A DNA stretch of 64,000 nucleotides from Basidiobolus meristosporus CBS 931.73 (Eukaryota > Fungi > Basidiobolomycota), in the NCBI GenBank assembly GCA_002104905.1, contig MCFE01000217.1:60918-124917 (forward strand). Reading direction: 5' to 3'. Both the position numbers and the translations under genes were made by a program. This document shows, in pieces, positions 1 to 12,690 of this stretch; the first letter of the stretch is position 1; each line of letters starts with the position of its first letter. The notes below the pieces were generated by a model. The model was not told the origin of the DNA, searched no databases, and saw only the letters and a program-made list of their open reading frames with translations.

Positions 1-129
1 TATTATATTCACTAAAATTTAACTCATCTTTAACAAGGCTCCTGCAGCTACTCATATACATTTTGCCGGATCATTTGTAACCTAATTATTATTACCAATG
101 TAAGCTGTGGCTGATTACTCAATTCATTA

Positions 130-1620
130 GTTGATCATCACCCAATTAAAGCCAACTTAACATATCTTTGTCCATCTGGTAAGGATTTGCTGATTGGACT
201 GCTTACTAACACTACTAATTTGATAGATAATACTGATATACTGATATGTTTAACACAAAGCTAATTGAAATGACTTAATATTGCTCAAACTAAGACATTC
301 AAGTATCAGATCATAACATTTTCCCAACTAAATCAGAGAGGGCTCTGCTGAATTTCTTTTCTTGTGTTTCAGTCTCTTGATGGTTCAGCATTGTCAATAA
401 GTGTTGCAAGCATGCGTCTGTTTCTATGAACTGTATCTTCTAATATATTTGCTTAGTTGCCTACTAGTTAGTGAGTTGTAAATAATCATTCTCTGATGAA
501 CATGAGGATTCATTTCAAGAAATGTGTTGGATATAAGGAACTTATCAAAAAGTATTGATAATGTCATTGGGTTTGGTTATGCGCAATCTCCTGGAATCTT
601 TGGTTTGCATGCATATGCTTGGGAAAATGGCTATTGTTAAGTAGTGTTGTGCACCCTAGCTCTGCAGGCAAACAGTGCTTAGTCATTGTGCTGATTCCAT
701 ATGTTACTGCTTCATTTTTATACTTGGTCAGCACTTTCCCAAGTAAACAATTATATTGCTCAGTAATTTCATTAGTTCTAGGCTGATAAGCAGAGGTTTT
801 TGGATGTTTGATCTGTTGTATTTCCAGGTAGGCTTCTAACATTTCTGCCATGAAGTTGGCTCCTCAGATAGATAAGATTTTCACAGGGCATCCAAACTTT
901 TTAAGTATCTCCTTGTATATGAAGCTTGTATAATAGTTTCCCTGAGTTCAAGGTCACTTAAAATAAGTATTCTTTGTGATAGAGTAGGTAAGTTCTGAGT
1001 GCTCTTCAACCTTGTCCTCCACTTCACTATATTCTTGGGCTTCAATATGGCTGAAGTTACTTGTTGACTGATGTACATATCTTCTTTGATGGCAGTACTT
1101 TGAGATGCACCTATGCTGCTGGCAATTGCACAATGTCCTTTCCTCAGGCATTCTTGCCAGCTGGGATTCTTCTACATAGTATCTATATTCATTAGCACTG
1201 CTTCTAGTTGCTTCTTTCATAGTGACTACAGCATCTCTGATTAGTCACTGTAGGCTTTCCAACCCTGGACATAGTTGAATCATAGTTGATGGCAATCCTG
1301 ATAGCTTCTGTGATAGTATCAGGTCTTTGATAATTCACTTATTGCAAGTTCTGTCTTTTGACTCATCACTGAAGTATTCAACTTGATCAAGACATTCCAA
1401 TCTTTCAATCTGCATGGACCATTCCTTACTGTCTGAGTGTCCTCAGCATCCTTCTTAGCAGTGTCTGCTGTTATGCAGGCTCAAAAGCATCCTGAGTTTC
1501 CAACACAAACTCATCCTATGTAGAGATTGTAGAGCACTCTATCATAGTGGCAGTTCTATTCTTGCTGTGTTACCACTGTAAAGCTGCATCTGCCAAGTAT
1601 TCACTCATTCATACAGTTCC
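130..1620 (-). mobile_element. Degenerate Ty3/gypsy relic (RNase H-integrase fragments and probable 3' LTR/UTR segment)
   Basis: ORF 564..851 reads IKHPKTSAYQPRTNEITEQYNCLLGKVL, an rve integrase TSxYHPQTNG-like motif. Broken RNase H-like text lies at 1250-1600. The ~130-320 segment recurs at ~3480-3660. Many stops and frameshifts. Confidence 0.6.
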
Positions 1621-1639
1621 ATTCTCTCAAATATAAGAC

Positions 1640-3330
1640 TGTCTTATACTTACATAAGTACTGACAAAAAGATAATAAAGTAGCACTGCATTGTTAAGTG
1701 TCAAACTGTTTTCCCCATGAACAAGACTAAATTGATGCAACATGGTCAGAGAAGAGAAAAAAGACCATGTAGCTATTATTGCTAGCCTCTCAGCCATGAA
1801 GCATGCCAGCAGAATAAGAACTATTGCAAGGATCATGACCAGTGCCTTGCTACACAAGTAATAGTTGGGCAATTATTAATTACTACTTTACCAACAATTT
1901 CAGGCCAGTCACCAGCTACTTATGCAACAGCACCTTGCCATACCTGTCACCCTGCACAAATTGTGTCAGATGAGCTTGTGATGCCACATGGCTCACCTCA
2001 ACCTTATCAAAATGGTCTGTATAGCAATTGCTCCAATGAAGAAGGCCCCTGGATTGACTGTGAGCCCATATCCCCTCAAGCAAGTACCATACATGAGCCC
2101 AGAAAAACACCAATATACAATGAGAAAATACCCTTAAATAATAACCAAGAATACTTTATGAGGCAAGTGAGCCCTGTATTCAATTACTGATGAATGCTAC
2201 AATGTTCTGGCCAGAGAAGTGGCATACTTCCACCAATACCAGCAATGGGAGCTTTGAGGATTTATTGCTTCTGATTGCCAAAGTGATTCCAGGATACAAC
2301 TTAAAAATGAGCCTAGTGCAAATAAAATACTATTGTGCAGTATCCTGTATGATCCTGGAACAAACCTAAAATGCAATGAGACAGAACTGTGGAAAGTGAT
2401 GCTATGGATACATTATGGAGCCAAGTGGGCCCAGAAGCCTACTTGCAGGTAAATAATATTAAATAAATGGCTTGTGTTAAATAACAATATTAATGGGGAA
2501 ATTGAGGATTTACTGTAAATTCTAGCCAAAATCCTTCTGGAATGCAACCTGCTATGTGTTTAGTACAAAGAGACAGCCATTGTATGGCTGGCAGTATATG
2601 AACCAGAGACTCTCCTGATAACAGCATGTGGCAACAGTTGCATTGGATTAACATTGGAAAATACTGCCATTGCACTGTGACTAACTTGTCAGGAATATCA
2701 CAATCAAAAGAGGAAATCATTGCTTACACCCTGTATATATTGTAGTTGCACCCTGTCTTAAAATGCTCATGCAGTCCAGCAAATAATGCAAAGCTATAAA
2801 ACACCCACAAAGTATCAATAAAGTACAAGCAATTTCAATAAATTTGATGTCAAATCTCACAAAAAACTAAGAAGCAAGGGTTACTTTGAAGCTATGTATG
2901 GCAATCTCTGTGACTTGGTACCTGCTCCATTCTCACTGACAAGTACCCTGCCTGCAAATCTTCCTTGCCACTGATACTTATCATGCCAAAATACCCATCT
3001 GTACCCATTGCAGGATGTGCTTTTTATGTTATCTAGCAGGATACTAGTAAATGACATTCATGTTAAAGAGCAAATTATAATCTGCATTTGTGATACCCCA
3101 ACCATCTGTAGGGTAGCCAGCTTTTCTGGGCACTATATACATTATGGCAGATTAATAGGTGAGATCCAGAAAATATGCTCCATGACTTATACACATAATT
3201 ATTTACCAGACACCAACAGTGGAACATCTCTTTCCACAGGAAGAATACACAGAAGTCAGCTTGCAACTGTAGCAAAGCTGTCAAGGTATTGTTGCACATC
3301 ATGGTACAAGGGCTGTAGAGAAATAGTTAG
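1640..3330 (+). pseudogene. Degenerate CMC/CACTA (Tnp2/Transposase_21-type) transposase fragment
   Basis: Nucleotide similarity to 14570-15900. Translation HVKEQIIICICDTPTICRVASFSGH matches the GD.PA..K..G..GH region of CACTA transposases. Confidence 0.7.
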
Positions 3331-3399
3331 TTTAAATAGTGTTGTATTTGCTAAAACTTGAACTGATTTTTTTTGAGGATCCAGCAGCTTCTTAAATAT

Positions 3400-4480
3400 A
3401 TTTTGCCAAATCAATTGCTGACTAATTTTATTTCCTAATGTAGGTTGTGGCTCATGATTTATACATTTGCAATATCATCACCAAATAAGATCCTACTTTA
3501 AATATCTATTTCTATCTGATAAGGATCTACTAATTAATCTGCTGACTAATGCTATTGATATGATAAATAACACTGATACACTGATAGGCTAAGCATATAA
3601 CTCATTGATTTGACTAAAAACTGATCTAACTTAAACATTCAAGTGGTATATCATAACAGTATAAGCCATTGGTCAGAATATTGAATTAATCAGAGACCGG
3701 ATATACTCAAGCTAGAGGGAATGTGCAATTACAAAAGTTTTCCACTGTGAGTAATGCATCTGAACTCTGATAATATCCCTATACTAATGGCTAAGTTGTA
3801 TATGGTGCATTTCATTCTTAAAGAGCCCTTTATAATAGCATATAACTTTGAATGAGCTAACAGTATAGGAAAGAGGATCCACTATACAGAGTATTTCTTT
3901 TAAGCTCAAGTTAATGGTCATATGGACATGTAACATTATAAATGCAAGAACTGGATGAGCAAGAATATATATCCTCATGTGGACTCTTGAAGCAATTTCT
4001 ACTAACAATACATTGAAGGTATCATATGTTGACATTGCATAACATGTTTTGAACTACTATACTAACAGTGTAAAGCTGCAGATGTAGATTGCTGCCACTA
4101 CTTCATCTATTTACTACACCAACTTATTTTTTTGCGGAAAATATTGGGCCTTACTTAGCCTTCCATTTCTCCTGAAGAGCAGATGTGAGGAAATGGAAGA
4201 TACTGTCATAATCACACAACATTCTTGACTTTTCATGATCTGGCCAAATCAAGTTGGTGAAGAAATCCCAGTTACTTCCAAAAAGCTCTACTATGTCTAT
4301 ATGAGTTTAAGAAAATCTTGTATTTGAAGGAAGGCACCTATATGCATGATCAAATCAGTTGGGACCCACCATAGTAAGCTTATATACAAAGCCATGGAGC
4401 CACTTAAAGTAGACCCTATCCAAAGAAGCTCATACAGTCCACCAAATATTGTGGAACTATAAAGCACCGCATTCAGCATC
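3400..4480 (-). mobile_element. Second degenerate gypsy-like relic related to 130-1620
   Basis: 3480-3660 resembles 130-320, and 4060-4100 resembles 1570-1600. No intact ORF. Confidence 0.4.
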
Positions 4481-5060
4481 AATCAAGTGCATACATATCA
4501 GATATGTTAGATAGCAATCATTACAAGCAGCCAAGAAGTAAGGGCTACTTTAAAGATACATACTACCATTCCTCTATCTTGGCACTTGATGGATTCTTGT
4601 TGAGCAAATTCTCTACCGGCAACTCCTGCTGGCCACCAACCCAAATTGGCTACCTATCTGATGGTATCAGAGCAGAAATCCAATGGGAGTCTCACTGGCA
4701 TTGGGGCCCATATCTCTATCCAACCTGGATAGCTACCTGTGTTCATTTCTGATTGAATATAGCTACCTGTATTCATTTCTGATTGAATATATATGTTTCT
4801 AGCAGGATAACAGTATATGGCCATCATGCAAAAGCACATATTATTCTCTGCATTGGAGATAGCCCAGCCATCAGCAAGATAACTGGCTTTCCTGAGTATA
4901 ATGAATGGCATTGCTGTCAAATGTGTGAGATCTAAGGGACTCACTTTGTAACTTACACACCATACAATTACCCAAGCCCTGGCACCAAAAAAAGTATCTT
5001 TCTATGGAAAGAACATACAGAAGTCAGTGTACAATTGCAGCAAAGTGGGCATGTTTTAAG
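4480..5060 (+). pseudogene. CMC/CACTA transposase core fragment
   Basis: ORF 4504..4752 HYKQPRSKGYFKD...LALDGF...NSCWP parallels 15163..15780. Contains a 30-bp tandem duplication at 4729-4788. Confidence 0.7.
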
Positions 5061-5089
5061 TCATTCCTAGGATTTGGAATGTAAGCAGA

Positions 5090-5947
5090 GCATTACAGCA
5101 GAAATACTTATTGAGTGGTGAATTTTAATGGAGTTACTCAATGAGTGTAGGGTTGGGCTTAATGTTAGTGCAGGGTATGGGGACTTATATAGGCCAATAC
5201 TGTTGAAAATATTGGACTAGTTGGTAACATTCTGCAGCTAAAAGTTTACTTAACAATTCTGGACTAGGCTTGGTCACTGTAGGACTAAATTACAGCTCTA
5301 ACTTTGCCACTTTGTTCAGTTGCATGATCTTATGATTATTCCTTTATAGTCAGGATCAAGTTAGCACCACTACTAAACATTATGTACTAACCCTGAAACT
5401 GTTACAGAATGCTCCTGAATATTGAGAAACCCTCCCTACTTAGTGTTACAGCTGTATTACTTCGACAAAGGTATAAATACTGAGCTGCTTTATCAATAAA
5501 CAACAGCTTAACTATCATCACTATTTCTTGATAAGTTCCTTATATCCAAATCACTTCTTGAATTGCAATAAATACAATTGGCAATTGGGTACAACTGAAG
5601 TTTCAATGGATATTAATCAATTTGTAGGCAGAAAAATATTGAGAAATTGTTGAGTCAGAAAGTACAGAGTGTGAAGCAGACGCAATAGCCTGTCAATGTA
5701 CACAAATGTAGGAGGTGATTGAGTGTGTAGGATCAGAAAGAGAGCAAATTGGCAGGGCGCCAATGAAAAGCCACTAACATATCAGTGAGATGAAAAATTT
5801 TGACCAAGGTTTTTTATGAAATCTGGGGTGCAATTATTTTTCAATGGTCTCTGCACAGTGCCCTGACAGGATCAGTACCTCTTAGTCACAGGACTTTGAA
5901 TTTGTGATGGCCTTTTAACAGGATCCTCACAATAACTTTTCATAGGA
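5090..5947. mobile_element. Terminal/subterminal segment of the CMC element (homologous to 22980-23510)
   Basis: Colinear similarity to 22980-23510. Ends ...ataacttttcatagga versus ...ataacttttcataggg at 23510. Confidence 0.65.
5201..5570. mobile_element. Solo LTR (family B, ~370 bp) with 5-bp TSD AATAC
   Basis: Starts TGTTG and ends CAATA (decayed CAACA). Flanked by AATAC at 5196-5200 and 5571-5575. Highly similar to 8149-8517. Confidence 0.85.
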
Positions 5948-6059
5948 AAAAAAAGTTAAAGTTCTTACTGATTGATGCTCTTAGCCAAAACAGGCTGCAT
6001 CCCACAACAGCCAAGAAGAATTACAAAGTATGTAACAGCTATTTTCACAAGAGTGACAA

Positions 6060-6730
6060 GTGTTAGCCAGCTAAGCTACACTCCATTAAGGTGGATGAGC
6101 TTTCAGTGATTGGATATTTGTCTATCATAGCCATGATGTCCCCCATTGTAGACAGAGTGGAGTATCCACTAACAGATAAGGTATCAAGTTCAAGAACTTG
6201 CAAGACCATAGCAATGCCTTCAGTGGGACTTTTGAACACAAATAGGTACATCAAGAGGTTGCAGTACTTCTTCAAGTGCATTGCTCAAGATAAAATACTA
6301 GTATGTTGCAAGGACTTACTGCAAAGACTGGCTGATGACATACCAAACCAGGCAGTGCTGGCTGGTGACCAGAATATATGGGAATCAGTGAGTGAGAAAT
6401 TGCACAAAGCTGTAGAGTTTCCACCCAAATCATGAAAAAAAGGTGCTGTGGCAGAAATATGTATTAAAAAGTGGGTTTTAATGGGGTTATTTGTTGAGTA
6501 TGGAATGGGCTTGATATTGGTGATCAGTGCAGGGACTTGTTTAGGTCAGTAAAGCTGACAATTGAGTTTCAACTAAGGTTTCAATGCTGATAAGCCAATT
6601 ATATAGCATGAAAAGTAATAGCACTGGTTGAGTAATAAAGTAAGGAGTCCAAAAAGAGGCAATAGTCAATCAATGTGCCCAAATGTTGGAGGCAACTGAG
6701 CATGCAGGATCAGTAAGTGAGAGAGTTGGC
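6060..6730 (+). pseudogene. 3' part of CMC second ORF (ORF-B) plus downstream subterminal sequence, lacking the LTR insertion
   Basis: ORF 6091..6435 (VDRVEYPLTDK...RLQYFFKC...CKDLLQRLAD...LHKAV) is homologous to ORF 12600..13073 and to 22560-22970. Confidence 0.7.
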
Positions 6731-6998
6731 AGAAAGCCTGTTATATTGAACTACACTTTCTCCTTTATAACTGCTACATTAATACCTTGTTTGCTGCCTG
6801 TTTGTCCCTGGCCAGCCCTCTCCTGGCTACTTAGCACTTCTTTGCCACTTATTTTGAGTTTTCAGTCCTGTTTGTGACAGGCATTTAAGGAAGCCACAGG
6901 CATCTATAATGTCAAATACCTCAATGCTACCTCAGCAGAGTGCTTCCTGAAGAGTACCACACTCTTTGCATGATAATACCACACTGGCAATCTGTTTT

Positions 6999-8680
6999 TG
7001 TTGCAAGTGTCTTGGAGATATTGGAAGTGACTTAGAAGAACAAGTAGATTATATGGTTTTCACTTAATTATTTATTGAATGTAAAAGTAGTAATGATACT
7101 TTGACATATAATGTCATTACACTCACAGAGACAGGTTAAGGAGGGTCCCAACAACATGTGTGCAAAGTTTGGGGGCTGTGTGGACAACTTTGAGAATTTT
7201 CATCCTCTGGGTACCTGATATTTTGGTGAAAACATTTTAAGTAGATCCCAACAAGAAATTTGGTCAGTATTCCTTAGGATCCGGAGGTAATGATATAAGT
7301 GACCAAGTTAGATGAATATTTAGGTGGATTTTGAATTCTTATAATACTCCCACTCAGTTAAATATTCACACTGACTAGTCCTAATCTTGACCTAAGATAT
7401 TCAGACTTGTCTCTAGCTAATGGTTTGATAAATAGGTCTGCAATCATTTCATCTGAAGAACAGTGAACTAAGCTAGCTAAGTTATTCTCTATAGCTTTAT
7501 GTATGAAATAATGTCTAATATCTATGTGCTTGGTTCTAGCATGAAAAGTTAAACTTCAACCTATTCGTATACATCCTGGATTTTCTTGAAATAAACTAAT
7601 AGGCATTTTTGACATAGGCCTAAATCTGTACAAAGCTTTCTTAGCCACATTACTTCTTTTGTAGCTTCACAGGCTGCCGTATACCCCGCCTCTGTGGTAG
7701 AAAGTGCTATGGTTGGTTGCTTTCTTGAGTTCCATGAAGCTGCTCTTTTACAGTGAAGAAAAGTGTATTTGGTGGTAGTTCTTCAGTCTTCCAAGTTTTG
7801 TCCCCAATAAGCATCTGAGTATCCCACCAGATCCTCTACTGATTCCTTATGGGCTTATCTCAGGCAGATAGCAACAGCTCCTTTCAGTATCTAAAATTCT
7901 GCTCAACTGCTACAACATGATCAGATCCATAGTTCTGATTATGCTGGCTGACAACCCTCACTGAATATGAGATATCTGGACATGTGCCAAGCATGATATA
8001 AATCAGGCTGCCGGCCATAGATTGATAAGAAAAGTCAGGACTTTCCAATGGCACCAAGCTCTCTTGATTTGGTCGGCTTTGGACCAAGTCAAGGTTTGTC
8101 TCCATTAGGGTAGCTGCCAGTTTACAGTCTTCCATTTGGTACTTCTTTTGTTGAAATATTGGACTATTTGGTATCATTCAGCAGCTAAAAATTTACTTAA
8201 CAATTCTAGGCTAGTCTTAGTCACTGTAGGACTCATTTACTGCCTTAACTTTGCCACTTTCTCCAGATATATGATCTTATGATTATTCCCCTATAGTCAG
8301 GATCAAATTAACACTATTACCAAACATTATGTACTAACCCTGAAACTGTTACAGAATGCTCCTGAATATTGAGAAACCCTCCCTACTTAGTGTTGCAGCT
8401 GTATTACTTCTACAAAGGTATAAATACTGAGCTTCTTTATGAATAAACAACAGTTCAACAATTATCACTATTTCTTGATAAGTTCCTTGTATCCAAATCA
8501 CTTCTTAAATTGCAACATCTTTGGTATATCTTGAATATACTGGATTGACTTAGAGTGATAGTATGGGTACTTCTGTCTATGGAGAGCTTAATCCCTAAGT
8601 TGTAACTGAGTTCTCCTAGATTGCATATGTTGAGCTCATTAGATAGTGTTGTATTCAAGAGGAAAGTGCAATAAAACTCT
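6999..8680 (-). mobile_element. 3' part of a Ty1/copia element (RT-RNase H, PPT, 3' LTR 6999-7346)
   Basis: ORF 7884..8177 and 8455..8658 nearly match the RT text at 31747..32295. The PPT complement ctcccactca is at 7347-7356. The 348-bp LTR is similar to 32657-33005. Confidence 0.85.
8149..8517. mobile_element. Solo LTR (family B, 369 bp) inserted in the copia RT, TSD TCTTT
   Basis: TGTTG...CAACA termini. TCTTT lies at 8144-8148 and 8518-8522. The RT reading resumes on both sides. Confidence 0.9.
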
Positions 8681-8896
8681 TAAATGAGTTAACTGAGCCT
8701 GAAGAACAACTAAGTGTAGAATCCAGAATTGTCAAGAGTGACAGATATATTAGCAGAGGGGTTCTGGTCTAATATTGGACTTGTATAACATTGAGTGGGG
8801 CAACAAAGGTGACCGTGTTGGTTTGCTATGCAGGCTAGGCTTAGTGCTCTTGGGAGTGCTACATATGCTAAGCTTGAGCCAAAACTAGAGCAGATT

Positions 8897-11800
8897 TGTT
8901 GAATTTTTAATTTTGTTAGGGCACAATCTTAGTTTTGTCAAAAAACACACTAAGCTAAAAAGTTCAGTAAACTTTGTTTATACTTTTCTGATCAAGTGGA
9001 ATTAGTAACCGCCAAGTGACTGAACTAATTGAAATCTGTTAGGGTGTTAAGTGGTGCATAAGATAAAGAAAATTTGCATCATTAGTAAGCAGATATCTTG
9101 CCAACTGCTAAGTGGTTGGATAGATCTCAAATAACTAATCACTTACAAAGGCTTAGCAGATCAGTTGAGGACATAATGACCACATGAAAAATGATCAGGT
9201 GTGACAGCTAAAAATAGAATCTGAGTAGCAATAAAATAAACCATAACTGGTATTAGTTAAATTTGGGTTAGAGAAAATCAGGTAGGATGCTAGATTTTCT
9301 AACAGAGTAAAATTGGATAAGGTTTAAATGTTGATGCACAAGTTCACTTCCTCCCAGGAGAGGAGTTCTCAAATCTTCTTGGTTCCCTGGTGGCTCCAAT
9401 ACTGATCAATGATGGCAGCATTGTCAAATTGGTGTAAGGTTTGCAGGTGTAGTGCTTGTTGTCATGACCTTTCTGCTTGACTAAATAAAGGCAATTTGGT
9501 TCTTCTCCACCATGGTCAAAAATAGCTTCAACTTTATAGGATTCCAAAGTAACTGGGTCTTGAGATATAAGCTTCAGTAAAGAACTTGCAACATTTTGGG
9601 TATCAGTGCTCCAGTTTTGTCATGAAGTACATAAGATCCTCCAGTAGTACATCTGACAATTTTGAATGGGCCTTCATAGTTGGGATCAAGCTTAGGTTTT
9701 CTGATTGGATCTAGTATCATGGCATATGGTCCATCTGGGGAACTGTTGTTCCTGTGTCCTGATGTGTATATTGAAATCAACATTTGCTGCAAGGCCTTGC
9801 TTCTGGCACTGATAGCAGGGTAGAGAATGTTGGTAAGATACTCAAGTTGGTACTTTAGCTTATCTGTATTCAACTTTGCTGACTCTGTATTTATGCAGTC
9901 TCCAAAGTGGTTGTATCTCCTTCCAAACATTAAAGAAAATGGTGTTGATCCATGTAGTGCTTCAATTTTGGTGTTGATAGCATACTAAAAAGTGGGAATG
10001 AACTTGTACCAGTTCTTCTTGATACCTTTGATATATTTCCTGATGATGTTCTCTGAGGTGTGAACATGGCTTTCAGCAAGTCCATTAGCTTTGGGATGAT
10101 GTAGAGTGATCAAATAGTGATCAATGGTGTTACTCTGGCAAAGGGCTTTGATCACATGATTTACAAATTCTCTTCCATCATCCAATTGAACAACCTTAGT
10201 GAATCTAAAAAGGCAGAAGAGCTTGAAAAGTGCTTGTGCAATAGTGGCAGCATACTTGTCTGGGATAGCTTTGAGGAAGACAAATGTGTGCAGACATCCA
10301 CAATTACAAAGAGGTAGTGATTACTATCATCACTAGTGATGAAAGGTCCAGCTAGATCAATTGCAATATGATCCATAAGAAGGCTTGCATGATTGGGACT
10401 CAAAGGGTGTAATCCATGGTAGCTGATACTGTAAAGTAGACATTCTCTGCAAGACTTGACAAATTCTAGCCAGTCAGCTTTGATGTTTGGCCAGTAGTAT
10501 CCATTAGAGTGTAGCCTCTTCATAAATGTGTCAGCTCAAAAGTGACTAAGTAAATGACTTCTCTGTATCAATGTTTTCATTTCATTGGCATGAGGGATTT
10601 TTCAAGTTGCTGAGTCCAGTTGAGGAATTATTTTGGAAGTTGTAGTGTTCTTACTGATTAAGTCGTTAATCACATGTCTCTCCCAAGGTGAGGTTGGGGA
10701 AAGTCTTGAAAGGTGGTCAGGCAGGATGTTGAGGATTCCTGGGCTATGAACGACTTTTTATACATAATCAAGTAGGGTACCAAGCCAGTTGGAATGCATT
10801 GGAGTCAGAGTCTTTTGAGTGTGGATATAGACAAGAGCATGGTGGTCAGTGTACAGAGTCAAAGGGTTACCCTGTAAGTACTGATGAAACTTCCTCAAGG
10901 CAAAAACTATGGTAAGTAGCTCCTTCTTGGTGGCTGAGTAGTTTCTCTCAGCAAGTTGTAGAGATCTGGCTTGAAAAGGGATTCAGTGAGGTGAATTTTG
11001 GTCTTCATCCTGGTATAGGACAGCCCCTAACCCAACATTAGATACATCTGCTGCAACAGCAAAGGTTTTAGTAAAGTCTAGGTAGGATAGGCTGGGTGTT
11101 TGTGGGAGCAATTGGCAGAGTTACTCATATGCTTGGCCATGAGCCTTGTTCCAGGCTGAGTGAAGATCAGGACTATGGCATAATGCATCCAAAGGGGCAC
11201 TCAAGGAGGATATGAGAGGAATGTGTTCCCTGAAATAGTTGAATACTCCAAGATAATGATGGAGTTGCTTAGCACTGGTGGGTTTTAGCCACACTCTGGA
11301 ACTTGCTAGTAAGTGTCTTTAGGCCAAAGGGAGTTTCCTGAAACATCCATTGCATATTATTCCAAGCAAAGGCAGTTTTATGCTGATGATCAGGATGGTT
11401 CTGGAATTGTTGATATGCATCCTTCAAGTCCAATTTGGAGTATTCTTTTGCACCTGATATTGAGGAAAAGATATCCTGGATTCTTGGAATTGGTAATTTA
11501 TCATCATGGAGAAGTTTACTCAGAGGTCTAGGATCCCAAAAGGGTCTCTTCAGATTTAGATTTACATCAATGTCTTTCTTAGGTGCAAGCCTCAAAGGGC
11601 TGTTGAATGTTGGGCTGACAGGGGCTTGGGTAATAATTCCATTGTTAGCCTACTTTTGGACTTTGTCATCCACCAAGTGCTGACAAGAATGCGGAATTGG
11701 GTATTGTCTCCTTCATGTTGACTCACCAGGTGGGGTTTCTAGCATAACAATGCATTCTGGAGTAGTGCAGAAATTGTTCCTGGGTATGGCTTGGTTTCTT

Positions 11801-12690
11801 TCTATGGCTGGTTGAATATTCAGCTTACCCAATTGAGAATATGCTTGAAAAGTTGGGGCTGACTCCTCTGCTTCCAGATGGGGTGAGATAATCTCTGGAA
11901 TCTGATCCATTATGGGTGGCTGAGATTTAGGGATACTAGGATATAAAACTGGTAGTCTGCCTATGTGAAAGCCAAGTTTGGTGAAGGTGTGTAGACTAAT
12001 GACTACCTGAGGTCTGTCTGGAATATCAATAACTTCCATTTGATGAATTATAGTCATTGCGCCACAATGTATGCTGACTGGGTTGGTAATACTAATTCTT
12101 GGGTTGAGAGGTCCTTAGCTGCAAGTATGATTTTTCCTGGTTGCTTTTCTATTTCCAATTTGAGTTCTTTGACTACATCAGGTGATACAATAGAGTTGGA
12201 TGATCCAATATTCAGTAGTGCTACATATGCTTGGCCATTGAGTTTGAGTGGCACTTCTATAGCCTTTGGCCATGCAATTGGTTGCTTCTTTTCTGGAACA
12301 GTAGAAATTTTAGCCGGAATTTCAAAGAGGTTGTGATAATCTTGAACTGTAAGTTCCTCATATGCTTCCTCATACCCAGTCATTTCATTGGTTGAATGTT
12401 CATTTAGGATTGGGGTAATCTTTGCCAATATTGTAGAGTTCTTCTCTGGACAGGCAGGTGATCTATGTCCCATCTTTCCACATTCAAAGCATTTGTCATC
12501 AGCATATGGATAATCAGTTTTGGTATTTTGCTGCTTCTCTGATGAGTATCTTGACTTGCTTGACTGCTTATTGATGCCTTTGCATTCACTTGTAGAGTGC
12601 TAGCATCTGTCTTGATGCTCATAATGCTTTGTAGTAGTAACTTCTGTTTGATCACATGACTGCTCTCTTTTCTGGTTGCTACTGTATCTG
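8897..12690 (-). mobile_element. Degenerate Ty3/gypsy chromovirus (gag knuckle, PR, RT, RNase H, IN, chromodomain, 3' LTR 8897-9340)
   Basis: CFECGKMGHRSPAC knuckle; ALLNIGSS protease; LPIPRIQD/YSKLDLKDAYQQ/PFGLK RT; RNYSATKKELL RNase H; DHIAIDLAGP, DDGREF and HPKANGLAE integrase; EGPFKI module; YKVEAIFDH...YLVKQKG chromodomain. A purine tract GGGAGGAAGTGAACT precedes a TGT-starting LTR. Confidence 0.9.

Noticed and set aside
5201-5570. Initial reading as a captured copia integrase fragment
   Set aside because: TGTTG/CAACA-type ends and perfect 5-bp TSDs here and at 8149-8517 show it is a solo LTR.
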